From positions 270,001-302,000 of the forward strand of contig NZ_CP059216.1 of assembly GCF_014252315.1 (NCBI RefSeq): a stretch of 32,000 nt of DNA, read 5' to 3'. Positions 19,483 through 28,781 of this stretch are shown here, piece by piece; positions within the stretch are counted from its first letter, which is position 1, and the number at the start of each line of letters is the position of its first letter. The position numbers and the translations under genes are program-made. Source of the stretch: Candidatus Saccharimonadota bacterium. Lineage in GTDB: Bacteria > Bacteroidota > Bacteroidia > Flavobacteriales > Blattabacteriaceae. The notes under the pieces were generated by a model that saw only the letters and a program-made list of their open reading frames with translations, was not told where the DNA came from and made no database searches.

Positions 19483-21471
19483 ATGAAAAAATCAATAAAA
19501 AAAATACAAGACTTAAGAAAACAATTATTAGAATATAGTCATAAATACTATAATTTAAATTATTCAGAAATTTCTGATTATCTTTTTGACCAAAAATTAA
19601 AAGAATTAATTTCTTTAGAAAAACAGTATCCTGAATTATATGATCCAAATTCCCCTTCTAAAAAAATAGGATTAGAAGTAGAAAAAGATCATATAAAAAA
19701 TCATAATTATAAAATGTATTCTCTTCAAAATGCATACTCTAAAGAAGATTTAATAAATTGGAACAAAAAAATAAATAAATCATTAAGTAATTTTTCTTTT
19801 ATATGCGAATTAAAATACGATGGAATATCTATAAATCTTGTATATAAAAAAGGTATATTTATACATGCATTAACTCGTGGTAATGGTCTTATTGGAGAAA
19901 ATGTTACAGATAATGTAATAAAATATATAAAACCATCTATTCCTTTAAAATTAAACGGAAATAATTTTCCTAATTATTTAGAAATAAGAGGAGAAATATT
20001 TATTACTAGAAAAAATTTCATTAATATTAACAAACTTCGTTTAAAAAACGGAAAAAATTCATATTCAAATTTTAGACATGCAGCTAGTGGAATAATAAGA
20101 TCTAAAAATATAAAAATTAAAAAAAAATTCAATTTATCATTTATAGCATTTCATGCTTTAGGACAAGAATTTTATACTCAATATGATGCTTTAAATAAAA
20201 TACAACATTGGGGGTTCGAAGTGTCTAACATAATACGTGTTTGCTACAACTTAAAAGATGTATTTAATTTTATAAATTACTGGAAATTATTGAGGCATAC
20301 ACTTTATTACCAGATAGATGGAATAGTTATAAAAATAAATGAATATAAAAAACAATTGTCTGTTGGATATACTATAAAATATCCAAAATGGGCAATTGCT
20401 TACAAGTTTAAACAAAATGTTTTCGAAACTAAACTAATAAATATAAAATTTCAAGTAGGTAGAACTGGAATAATAACTCCAGTAGCTCATGTTAATCCTA
20501 TTTCAATTTCTGGAACTATAATTAAAAAAGTAGCTATTTACAATAACAATTTCATTCAAAAGAATGATCTCCATTATGGAGATATTATTTTTTTAGAAAA
20601 AAGTGGAGACATTATTCCAATAATAAAAAATATAAATAAATCAAAAAGATCTAATAATACATATCCTGTATTATTTTTAAGAAAATGTCCATCATGTAAT
20701 CATTCATTGCAAAAAATAAAAAATATATTTTATTGTATAAACAAAGATTGTTCTTATATAAAAATTATGAAATTGATACACTTTGTTAGTGAAAATGCTA
20801 TGAATATAAAAGGTATAGGCAAAATTACTATAAAAAAATTGTATGAAAAAAGAATAATTTATGACATTCATCATTTCTTTAAACTAAAAAAAAATGATTT
20901 GATGAAGATTAATGGAATAAAAGATAAATTAGCTGATTATATATTAATAAATATTAATAAATCTAAAAAAAATTCTTATCAAAGAGTATTATATTCTTTA
21001 GGAATACGTTATGTTGGAGAAAATGTTTCTAAAATATTATCAGAATATTTTTATAATATTAAATTATTAATAAATGCAGATTATAATTATTTAATATCTA
21101 TACCTGGAATAGGTGTTAAAATAGCTAAAAGTATCATTGACTATTTTTATGATTATAAAAATATATATGTAATAAAAATGTTAATCCAACATGGATTAAT
21201 TCTATCAAAAAAAAAAATAAAAAATAATCATTATATAACAGGAAAAAATTTTGTATTTACAGGAAAATTATATTGTATGACTAGAATAAAAGCAAAAACA
21301 ATAATAGAATCATTAGGAGGAAAAGTATACACTAATATTAGTAATAAAATTGATTTTCTTGTAGTTGGAAAAAACTTTGGATCAAAATTTAGAAAAAGTA
21401 TTGAAAAAAAAAATATAAAAATTTTAACAGAATCTTGTTTTAAAAAGATTATTAAAAATATCAATGAATAA
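19483..21471 (+). CDS. ligA: NAD+-dependent DNA ligase
   Basis: Adenylation site ICELKYDGISINLVY, Zn finger CPSCNHSLQ...YCINKDC, HhH repeats, and a C-terminal BRCT domain (GKNFVFTGKL...AKTIIESLGGKV). Confidence 0.95.
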   Translation: MKKSIKKIQDLRKQLLEYSHKYYNLNYSEISDYLFDQKLKELISLEKQYPELYDPNSPSKKIGLEVEKDHIKNHNYKMYSLQNAYSKEDLINWNKKINKSLSNFSFICELKYDGISINLVYKKGIFIHALTRGNGLIGENVTDNVIKYIKPSIPLKLNGNNFPNYLEIRGEIFITRKNFININKLRLKNGKNSYSNFRHAASGIIRSKNIKIKKKFNLSFIAFHALGQEFYTQYDALNKIQHWGFEVSNIIRVCYNLKDVFNFINYWKLLRHTLYYQIDGIVIKINEYKKQLSVGYTIKYPKWAIAYKFKQNVFETKLINIKFQVGRTGIITPVAHVNPISISGTIIKKVAIYNNNFIQKNDLHYGDIIFLEKSGDIIPIIKNINKSKRSNNTYPVLFLRKCPSCNHSLQKIKNIFYCINKDCSYIKIMKLIHFVSENAMNIKGIGKITIKKLYEKRIIYDIHHFFKLKKNDLMKINGIKDKLADYILININKSKKNSYQRVLYSLGIRYVGENVSKILSEYFYNIKLLINADYNYLISIPGIGVKIAKSIIDYFYDYKNIYVIKMLIQHGLILSKKKIKNNHYITGKNFVFTGKLYCMTRIKAKTIIESLGGKVYTNISNKIDFLVVGKNFGSKFRKSIEKKNIKILTESCFKKIIKNINE

Positions 21472-21518
21472 ATTCAATACATTCATCATATAATAATTAA
21501 TCATAAATAAATGAAATG

Positions 21519-21549
21519 AAAAAATCATTGATAAAATGATTTTTTTTTT
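21519..21549 (+). terminator. Possible intrinsic terminator downstream of ligA. The stem is almost all A-T, followed by a T run.
   Basis: aaaaaatcatt (21519-21529), loop gataa, then aatgatttttt (21535-21545), running into a T10 tract (21540-21549). There is only one G-C pair, so stability is doubtful. Confidence 0.25.
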
Positions 21550-21654
21550 AATAGTAGAAAACAGTATATTTAATTAATGGAAATTCATTAAAAATTAAAA
21601 TAATGATACCCATTTTTTTTACATCATTATTAAGTATGAAATCTATTTTTTTAT

Positions 21655-24090
21655 ATGTTACTAAAAAATATATTTACTGAATATAAATCTGGATTTGAAT
21701 CTGAAGCGGAGTTTATACCGTTGATGAGTCAAGATGAAGAAGATCAACTTCTAAAAGACGATGTCCCAAAACAACTATGCATCTTAACAGTAAGAAATAT
21801 GGTTTTATACTCCGGAATCGTATTTCCAATTATAGCAGGTAGGAGTGGATCTATCCAGTTATTACAAGATGCTTATGAATTGGATAAAACAGTTGGAGTA
21901 TTAACTCAAAAAAATTCTGTTATAGAAAACCTTAGTGAAAAAGATCTATATTCTATTGGAACAGTAGCTAAAATTTTAAAATTGTTAAAAATGCCTGATG
22001 GAAATACTACTGTTATTTTACAAGGAAAAAAAAGATTCAAAGTTAATCGTTTTATTCAAAATGATCCATATTTTAAAGCGGAAATAATCGCTTTAGAAGA
22101 AAATAAACCATCATGTAAAGATAAAGAATATATCGCTTTAGTAGAATCAATTAAAGAAATTGCAATAAAAATTATTCAAGATAATCCTAATATTCCATCA
22201 GAAGCTAGTATTGCTATACGAAATATAGAAAGTCCATCATTTTTAATAAACTTTGTAGCAGCAAATATGAATTTATCTACTAAAGACAAACAGAAATTAT
22301 TGGAATATGATGATATAAAAAAAAGAGCGATGGAAACATTACGTTTTTTAAATATAGAACATCAACAGATTAAATTAAAAAACGATATACAATCTCGTGT
22401 TAGAAATGATATGGATCAACAACAAAGAGAATACTTTTTACATCAACAAATAAAAGCCATACAGGAAGAATTAGGAGATATTTCCTATGAAAAGGAAATT
22501 GAAGATATGAAAATAAAAGCTTCTAGAAAAAAATGGCCTAAAGAAGCAAAAAAACAATTTGAAAGAGAATTGTTAAAAATGCAAAGAACAAATCCACAAA
22601 TGCCTGAATATACAGTACAAAGAAATTATTTAGAGCTAATGGTGGATTTACCATGGAACAAATATTCAAAAGATAGTTTTGATTTAGAATATGCACAAAG
22701 AATATTAAATAGAGATCATTATGGATTAGACAAAATAAAAGAACGTATTATAGAATATTTAGCCGTATTAAAATTAAGAGGAGATATGCGTTCTCCTATT
22801 TTATGTTTTTATGGTCCTCCTGGTGTAGGAAAAACTTCACTAGGAAAATCTATAGCAACTGCACTTAAAAGAAAATATGTCCGCATTTCTTTAGGAGGAT
22901 TACACGATGAATCAGAAATACGAGGACATAGAAGAACTTATATAGGAGCTATGCCTGGAAGACTATTACAGTCTATACGAAAAGTGGGAACTTCTAATCC
23001 TGTTTTTGTAATTGATGAAATCGATAAAATGGGAATAGGAACTAATGGAGATCCTTCTTCCGCTATGTTAGAAGTTTTAGATCCTGAACAAAATACATCA
23101 TTTTATGATAATTTTCTAGAAATGGGTTATGATTTATCAAAAGTATTATTCATTGCCACAGCAAATTCATTATCTCATATACAACCAGCTCTTATAGATA
23201 GAATGGAAATTCTAGAAATGAATGGATATACAGTAGAAGAAAAAACTCAAATAGTAAAGAAACATATACTTCCTAAACAGTTGAAAGAAAATGGATTAAA
23301 AAAATCAGATTTAATATTAGGAACTAAACAAATAGAAAAAATTATTGAAAGCTATACAAGAGAATCTGGACTAAGAACATTAGAAAAACATATTGCAAAA
23401 TTAACACGTTATATAGCTAAACATATTGCAATGAAAAAAAAATATACTAAACGTTTAAGTATTGAAAAAATAGAAAATATACTAGGAATTCCTAGTGATC
23501 CAGATCGTTATGAAGAAAATAATGTTCCAGGAGTAGTAACAGGGTTAGCTTGGACCAATTTTGGAGGAGATATTTTGTATATAGAATCAATTATATCTAA
23601 AGGAAAAGGAAATTTAAGTATCACTGGAAATCTAGGAGAAGTTATGAAAGAATCTGCAACAATTGCTTTACAATATATTAAAGCTCATTATAAAGAATTT
23701 AATATAGATCCTATAATGTTTGAAGAAAAAAATGTACACATACATGTTCCTGAAGGAGCAGTCCCTAAAGATGGCCCGTCTGCAGGTATAACGATGTTAA
23801 CATCAATGGTTTCATGTTATACAAAAAGAAAATTAAAACCTTATTTAGCAATGACTGGAGAAATAACATTAAGAGGAAAGGTTTTGCCTGTAGGAGGAAT
23901 TAAAGAAAAAATTTTAGCAGCTAAACGTGCTAATATAAAAGAAATTATTTTATCACAAGATAATAAAAAAGACGTAGAGGAAATAAAATCTGAACATCTA
24001 AAAGGATTAACATTCGATTATGTAAAAAATATGAATGATGTAATTCATTTATCCTTAATGGAACAATATGATTCAAGTAGAAAAAAATAA
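21655..24090 (+). CDS. lon: ATP-dependent Lon protease (LonA type)
   Basis: 811 aa. LON N-domain, Walker A GPPGVGKTS, FVIDEIDK, catalytic Ser in PKDGPSAGITM, and Lys in LPVGGIKEKILAAKRA. Confidence 0.96.
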   Translation: MLLKNIFTEYKSGFESEAEFIPLMSQDEEDQLLKDDVPKQLCILTVRNMVLYSGIVFPIIAGRSGSIQLLQDAYELDKTVGVLTQKNSVIENLSEKDLYSIGTVAKILKLLKMPDGNTTVILQGKKRFKVNRFIQNDPYFKAEIIALEENKPSCKDKEYIALVESIKEIAIKIIQDNPNIPSEASIAIRNIESPSFLINFVAANMNLSTKDKQKLLEYDDIKKRAMETLRFLNIEHQQIKLKNDIQSRVRNDMDQQQREYFLHQQIKAIQEELGDISYEKEIEDMKIKASRKKWPKEAKKQFERELLKMQRTNPQMPEYTVQRNYLELMVDLPWNKYSKDSFDLEYAQRILNRDHYGLDKIKERIIEYLAVLKLRGDMRSPILCFYGPPGVGKTSLGKSIATALKRKYVRISLGGLHDESEIRGHRRTYIGAMPGRLLQSIRKVGTSNPVFVIDEIDKMGIGTNGDPSSAMLEVLDPEQNTSFYDNFLEMGYDLSKVLFIATANSLSHIQPALIDRMEILEMNGYTVEEKTQIVKKHILPKQLKENGLKKSDLILGTKQIEKIIESYTRESGLRTLEKHIAKLTRYIAKHIAMKKKYTKRLSIEKIENILGIPSDPDRYEENNVPGVVTGLAWTNFGGDILYIESIISKGKGNLSITGNLGEVMKESATIALQYIKAHYKEFNIDPIMFEEKNVHIHVPEGAVPKDGPSAGITMLTSMVSCYTKRKLKPYLAMTGEITLRGKVLPVGGIKEKILAAKRANIKEIILSQDNKKDVEEIKSEHLKGLTFDYVKNMNDVIHLSLMEQYDSSRKK

Positions 24091-25306
24091 TGAACAATTA
24101 ATTAAATTAGCAAACAAATACGGAACTCCGTTATATATATATGATACTTGTAAAATAAAGAAACAGTATCAAAAAATGTTATATGCTTTTAAAAATATTA
24201 AAAAAAATTTTTTGATAAATTATGCTTGTAAAGCAAATACAAATTTAAATATATTAAAATTTTTACAAAAATTAGGTAGTGGATTAGATACTGTTTCTAT
24301 TCAAGAAATAGAGATAGGATTAAAAGCTGGATTTTTACAAAATAAAATTATATACACTCCTAACTGTGTTTCTATTAATGAGATAAAAAAAGCTGTCGAA
24401 TTAGGAGTAAAAATTAATTTAGATAACATATCTATTTTGGAACAATTTGGAGAATATTTTCCTAATTATTCTATAGGAATAAGGATAAATCCACATATTA
24501 TGGCTGGATCAAATCCAAAAATATCAGTAGGCCATATTGATTCTAAATTTGGAATTTCTTATTATCAAATTCCACATATAAAGAAAATAATAAGAAATAC
24601 AAGGATAAATATAGATGGATTACATATGCATACAGGATCTGATATATTAGATATTAAATCATTTTTAGATGGAGCAAAAATATTATTTCAAATAGCTTTA
24701 GATTTTCCTGATATTAATTATATTGATTTAGGAAGTGGATTTAAAGTCCCGTATACTAAAGGAGATAGAAAAACAGATCTATCTTGCTTGAGCAAGATCA
24801 TAATACAAGAATTTAATAATTTTTGCAAAAATTATAATAAAAACAAAAAAGATAAAGATATTACATTAATATTTGAACCAGGAAAATTTTTAGTTAGTGA
24901 ATCAGGATATTTCTTGGTAAGTGTAAATGTAATTAAACATACCATGTCAACTGTATTTGCTGGAGTAGATTCAGGGTTTAATCACTTTATTCGTCCTATG
25001 TTTTATGACGCTTATCACAATATAGAAAATATTTCTAATCCAAGTGGATGTTTTCGATACTATACAGTAGTCGGTTATATTTGTGAATCTGATACATTTG
25101 GTTTTAATCGAAAAATTGCAGAAATCCATGAAGGAGATGTTTTATGTATTAAAAATGCTGGTGCTTATTGTTTTTCTATGTCTTCTAATTATAACTCTAG
25201 GTATAGACCCTCTGAAGTTATGATTATAAACGGAAAAGATTTTTTAATAAGAAAAAGAGAAACAATGAAAGATCTTTTACAAAATATAGTAGAAATACCT
25301 ATTTAA
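24068..25306 (+). CDS. lysA: Diaminopimelate decarboxylase
   Basis: YGTPLYIYD, the PLP-lysine in INYACKANTN, HMHTGS, EPGKFLV and CESDTF. Its ATG lies 23 nt inside the lon 3' end. Confidence 0.93.
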   Translation: MIQVEKNNEQLIKLANKYGTPLYIYDTCKIKKQYQKMLYAFKNIKKNFLINYACKANTNLNILKFLQKLGSGLDTVSIQEIEIGLKAGFLQNKIIYTPNCVSINEIKKAVELGVKINLDNISILEQFGEYFPNYSIGIRINPHIMAGSNPKISVGHIDSKFGISYYQIPHIKKIIRNTRINIDGLHMHTGSDILDIKSFLDGAKILFQIALDFPDINYIDLGSGFKVPYTKGDRKTDLSCLSKIIIQEFNNFCKNYNKNKKDKDITLIFEPGKFLVSESGYFLVSVNVIKHTMSTVFAGVDSGFNHFIRPMFYDAYHNIENISNPSGCFRYYTVVGYICESDTFGFNRKIAEIHEGDVLCIKNAGAYCFSMSSNYNSRYRPSEVMIINGKDFLIRKRETMKDLLQNIVEIPI

Positions 25307-25316
25307 TATTTTTTAT

Positions 25317-25400
25317 GGAGAGGTGGCAGAGCGGTTAATTGCGGCGGTCTTGAAAACCGTTGAGGGAAAACCTCCGGGGGTTCGAATCCCTCCCTCTCCG
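25317..25400 (+). tRNA. tRNA-Ser, anticodon UGA (TGA at 25351-25353). Class II with a long variable arm; no encoded CCA.
   Basis: Folded by hand. The acceptor GGAGAGG (25317-23) pairs with CCTCTCC (25393-99), with discriminator G. The anticodon stem is GCGGT/ACCGT and the loop is CT-TGA-AA. The variable arm is GAGGGAAAACCTC. The T arm is GGGGG-TTCGAAT-CCCTC. Confidence 0.93.
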
Positions 25401-25407
25401 TTTTTTT

Positions 25408-27087
25408 TTAATACACTGATTTTTTTAATTTATCTAATTGTTTTTTAATAATATCATCATTAATTTTTTTAAATAATAAAGTATCATCACCTAACAAATG
25501 ACCAGGATGCAACATTGTTTTTGTATGAGTTATATAATCCCATGAAACTAGTTTTGATCGAATCATTATCAAAATTTTTTTTGATATATGAGGTAGAAAA
25601 GGTTCAGATATTTGAGCTAAAATAGAAACAATCTGTATTGATACATAAAGAATAGTATCAACACGTTTTTTATCTTTATGATTATTCCATGGCTCTTCAT
25701 CAGTTAAATATTTATTTCCAATTTTAGCTAAGTTCATAAAACACGTTATAGAATCTTTGAACTTATATGATTTTATTAATTGACCTATTTTTTTTGTACA
25801 ACATTTTATTTCGTTTAAAATGTATTTATCCTTATTAGAAAATATTCCTGGCGTAGGAACTATTTTATTATTATGTCTCTTAATTAAGACCATACATCTA
25901 TTTATAAAATTTCCTAATATTGATACTAATTCTGTGTTATTTTTTCTTTGTAAATCTTTCCAATTAAAATTACTATCTTTTTTTTCAGGCATATTTGTGA
26001 TAAGTGTATATCGTAAAGTATCTTGTTGGTTTGGAAAGTCTTTCAAGTATTCGTGACACCACACAGCCCAATTTTTAGAAGTTGATATTTTTTTATTTTC
26101 TAGATTTAGAAACTCATTAGCTAAAATATGATGAGGAAAAATATATCCTTTGTCACATGCTTTTAATATAGTTGGAAAAATTATACAATGAAATACAATA
26201 TTATCTTTTCCAATAAATTGAATTAGTTTAGTTTTTTTATTTTTCCAATAAGAACTCCAATTAACATTATTCCTATTAGCCCATTCTATAGTAGATGATA
26301 TATAACCTATAGGAGCTTCAAACCATACATACAATACTTTTCCATTATTATATGGGACAGGCACTCCCCACTCTAAATCTCTTGTTATTGAACGAGGTTT
26401 CAATCCAATATCTATCCAAGATTTTGATTGTCCATAAACATTTAATTTCCAATCTTTTTTATGATTAATTATAATCCATTTTTTAAGAAAATTTTGATAT
26501 TTGTTTAAAGGAAAGTACCAGTGTTTAGTTTTTTTTAATATTGGTATACTTCCACTTATAACAGATTTTGGATTTATTAATTCTTCAGACGATAATGAAT
26601 TTCCACATTTTTCACATTGATCTCCATAAGCTTCCTTGTTATTACAAAAAGGACATATTCCATAGATAAATCTATCTGCTAAAAATTGTTTGTATTTATT
26701 ATCATAATATTGATCGGATGTTTTTTCGAATATTTTTTTTTTTATCAAAAGTTGTTTAAAAAAAGATATCGATATTTTATGATGAATTTTATTGGAAGTT
26801 CTTGAATAATTATCAAATTGTATTCCAATATCATTGAAACAATTACGAATCATATTATGATATTTATTTACAATCTCTTTAGGAGTTTTTTTTTCTTTTT
26901 TTGCTTGAATTGAAATAGGAGCTCCATGTTCATCTGAACCAGATATAAAAATTACATCTATACCTTTTCTTCGAAGAAAACGAACGAAAATGTCTGCTGG
27001 TAAATAAACTCCTGACAAATGTCCAATATGAATTGGTCCATTTGCATATGGTAATGCTGCTGTTACTATATATTTATATTTTTCCAT
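25408..27087 (-). CDS. metG: Methionyl-tRNA synthetase
   Basis: ALPYANGPIHIGHLSG (HIGH), Zn knuckles CPFCNNKEAYGDQCEKCG, and KISTSKN (KMSKS). Confidence 0.95.
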   Translation of the reverse strand: MEKYKYIVTAALPYANGPIHIGHLSGVYLPADIFVRFLRRKGIDVIFISGSDEHGAPISIQAKKEKKTPKEIVNKYHNMIRNCFNDIGIQFDNYSRTSNKIHHKISISFFKQLLIKKKIFEKTSDQYYDNKYKQFLADRFIYGICPFCNNKEAYGDQCEKCGNSLSSEELINPKSVISGSIPILKKTKHWYFPLNKYQNFLKKWIIINHKKDWKLNVYGQSKSWIDIGLKPRSITRDLEWGVPVPYNNGKVLYVWFEAPIGYISSTIEWANRNNVNWSSYWKNKKTKLIQFIGKDNIVFHCIIFPTILKACDKGYIFPHHILANEFLNLENKKISTSKNWAVWCHEYLKDFPNQQDTLRYTLITNMPEKKDSNFNWKDLQRKNNTELVSILGNFINRCMVLIKRHNNKIVPTPGIFSNKDKYILNEIKCCTKKIGQLIKSYKFKDSITCFMNLAKIGNKYLTDEEPWNNHKDKKRVDTILYVSIQIVSILAQISEPFLPHISKKILIMIRSKLVSWDYITHTKTMLHPGHLLGDDTLLFKKINDDIIKKQLDKLKKSVY

Positions 27088-27143
27088 AAAAAAAAAGAAA
27101 ATATACTAGTATAAAATTAAATAAAATAAATTCAACATAAATT

Positions 27144-28049
27144 ATGAATTACAATAAAAAGTTATTTTTAATAGATGCATTTCCTATTATTTATCAAGGA
27201 TTTTATGCATTAAAAAAAAATCCTTTATTTACATCTTTTGGATTGAATACTTCTCCTATTATAAATTTTACGCATTTTATAATAAATATTTTGAATGAAG
27301 AAAATCCAAAATACATGGCAATTATATTCGATGGAAATCAAATATCTTTTAGAAAAAAAATATATAAAGAATATAAATCAAATAGAAAAAAAACTCCAAT
27401 AGAAATTAATATATCTATTCCTTATATAAATAAAATTTTAAAAGCATTTCAAATTTTTTTTATTTATTCCAATTATGGATATGAAGCGGATGATATTATA
27501 GGGACTATAGCCAAAAAAGCAGAAAATAAAGATTATAATGTATATATTTTATCTTCTGATAAAGATTTCTTACAATTAGTAACAAATAATATTAAAATTT
27601 ATATTCCATCTTCTAAAAATAAACCAAAAAAAATTTTAGGATTAAATGAAATAAAAAGTGATTTTGGTGTTAATGATCCGAAACAAATGATAGACTTATT
27701 TAGTATGATGGGAGATTATTCTGATAATATTCCTGGATTACCAGGAATTGGAAAAAAAAATGCCATAAAATTTGTTAATAAATATGGAAGTATTGAAGGT
27801 CTATTTCATTCAATTAATGAATTGAATAAAAATTTAAAAAAAAAAATTGAATTTAATAAAGAAATAGGACTTTTATATAAAAAATTAATTACTATAAATA
27901 CAAACATTTCATACATTAACTTTTGTGAAAAAAAATTTTGTATAAAAAATCCAATCTTTACAGAAGTAAAAAATATATTTAAAGAATTAGAATTTCGTAT
28001 GTTATTCAATAAGTTTTGTCAATACTATAAAAAAATAAATAATTTATAA
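27144..28049 (+). CDS. Stand-alone 5'-3' exonuclease / flap endonuclease (PolA N-terminal domain only)
   Basis: 301 aa with LIDAFPIIYQGFYA, YKSNRKKTP, GYEADDIIGT, SSDKDFLQLV and the H3TH motif GDYSDNIPGLPGIGKKNAIKFV. The gene ends 4 nt before the convergent nadD, so no polymerase domain follows. Confidence 0.88.
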   Translation: MNYNKKLFLIDAFPIIYQGFYALKKNPLFTSFGLNTSPIINFTHFIINILNEENPKYMAIIFDGNQISFRKKIYKEYKSNRKKTPIEINISIPYINKILKAFQIFFIYSNYGYEADDIIGTIAKKAENKDYNVYILSSDKDFLQLVTNNIKIYIPSSKNKPKKILGLNEIKSDFGVNDPKQMIDLFSMMGDYSDNIPGLPGIGKKNAIKFVNKYGSIEGLFHSINELNKNLKKKIEFNKEIGLLYKKLITINTNISYINFCEKKFCIKNPIFTEVKNIFKELEFRMLFNKFCQYYKKINNL

Positions 28050-28053
28050 TTTT

Positions 28054-28626
28054 TTACTTTTGATAAATATTATACTTATTAATATAATTCCAAACTTTTG
28101 AATGTAGAAATGGTTTAACATTTTTTCCTTTTTTAATAGAATTACGTATGAAAGAAGAAGATATTCCAATAATAGGCGCATTTTTCAAATATATTTTCTT
28201 TTTTTGTTTAAATACAGGAATAGGAAAATTTCCTATTCTAGGATAAACAAAAATATCATATTCGTTTAAAATAACTTGATAGTTCTTCCATTTTCTTAAT
28301 GAAGAAAAAACATCTTCTCCAAGAAGAATAGAAAATTTTATTATTGGATACATCTTTCTAATACGATTTAGAGTCTCTATTGTATAAGATGGATAAAACC
28401 CTGATTCAATATCTGATATGTTCATTTTTTTAAAATCAGATATAGATATTTTAACCATATTTTCTCTAATATTATAATCTAATAAGTTTTTTTTTAGCGG
28501 ATTTTGTGGTGATACTATAAACCAAACAGAATTTATATTTTCTATATATTCTACGATATAATTCGCAATAATAATATGACCTAAATGAATCGGATTGAAA
28601 GATCCAAAATATAGTATTATATTCAT
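28054..28626 (-). CDS. nadD: Nicotinate-nucleotide adenylyltransferase
   Basis: MNIILYFGSFNPIHLGHIIIANY and ISSSFIRNSIKKG. The track start at 28662 is a TTG. The ATG at 28626 gives the canonical N-terminus. Confidence 0.9.
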   Translation of the reverse strand: MNIILYFGSFNPIHLGHIIIANYIVEYIENINSVWFIVSPQNPLKKNLLDYNIRENMVKISISDFKKMNISDIESGFYPSYTIETLNRIRKMYPIIKFSILLGEDVFSSLRKWKNYQVILNEYDIFVYPRIGNFPIPVFKQKKKIYLKNAPIIGISSSFIRNSIKKGKNVKPFLHSKVWNYINKYNIYQK

Positions 28627-28781
28627 ATTATAATATAAAATATTATAAAAAATAAATAACAATACATTACAACATTAACATTATTTACTTGTATTTAAAC
28701 TAAAATAACATAATAATAAATAAAATAAACTGTGTATTATATTAAAACTTATAAAGTTTCAATTATCATTTTTTAATTATT

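Noticed and set aside
21655-24090. lon looks visibly more G+C-rich, with fewer Lys/Asn runs, than its neighbours. I considered whether it is a horizontally acquired island.
   Set aside because: The sequence is a typical Bacteroidetes LonA and is embedded without flanking repeats, tRNA junctions or integrase remnants. It overlaps lysA by 23 nt. Stronger purifying selection on a highly conserved protease explains the composition. I did not compute GC content.
2748-28009. Twelve short ORFs in the track (60-87 aa): 2748..2978, 4543..4755, 6111..6374, 12225..12407, 13927..14136, 14200..14448, 15986..16171, 17886..18068, 19409..19648, 21231..21464, 25820..26056 and 27806..28009.
   Set aside because: Each lies antisense to, or mostly within, a strongly supported conserved gene. 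Their translations are low-complexity F/I/L/K/N strings with no recognisable motif. Long spurious ORFs are expected in DNA this AT-rich because stop codons on the opposite strand of Lys/Asn/Ile-rich genes are depleted.
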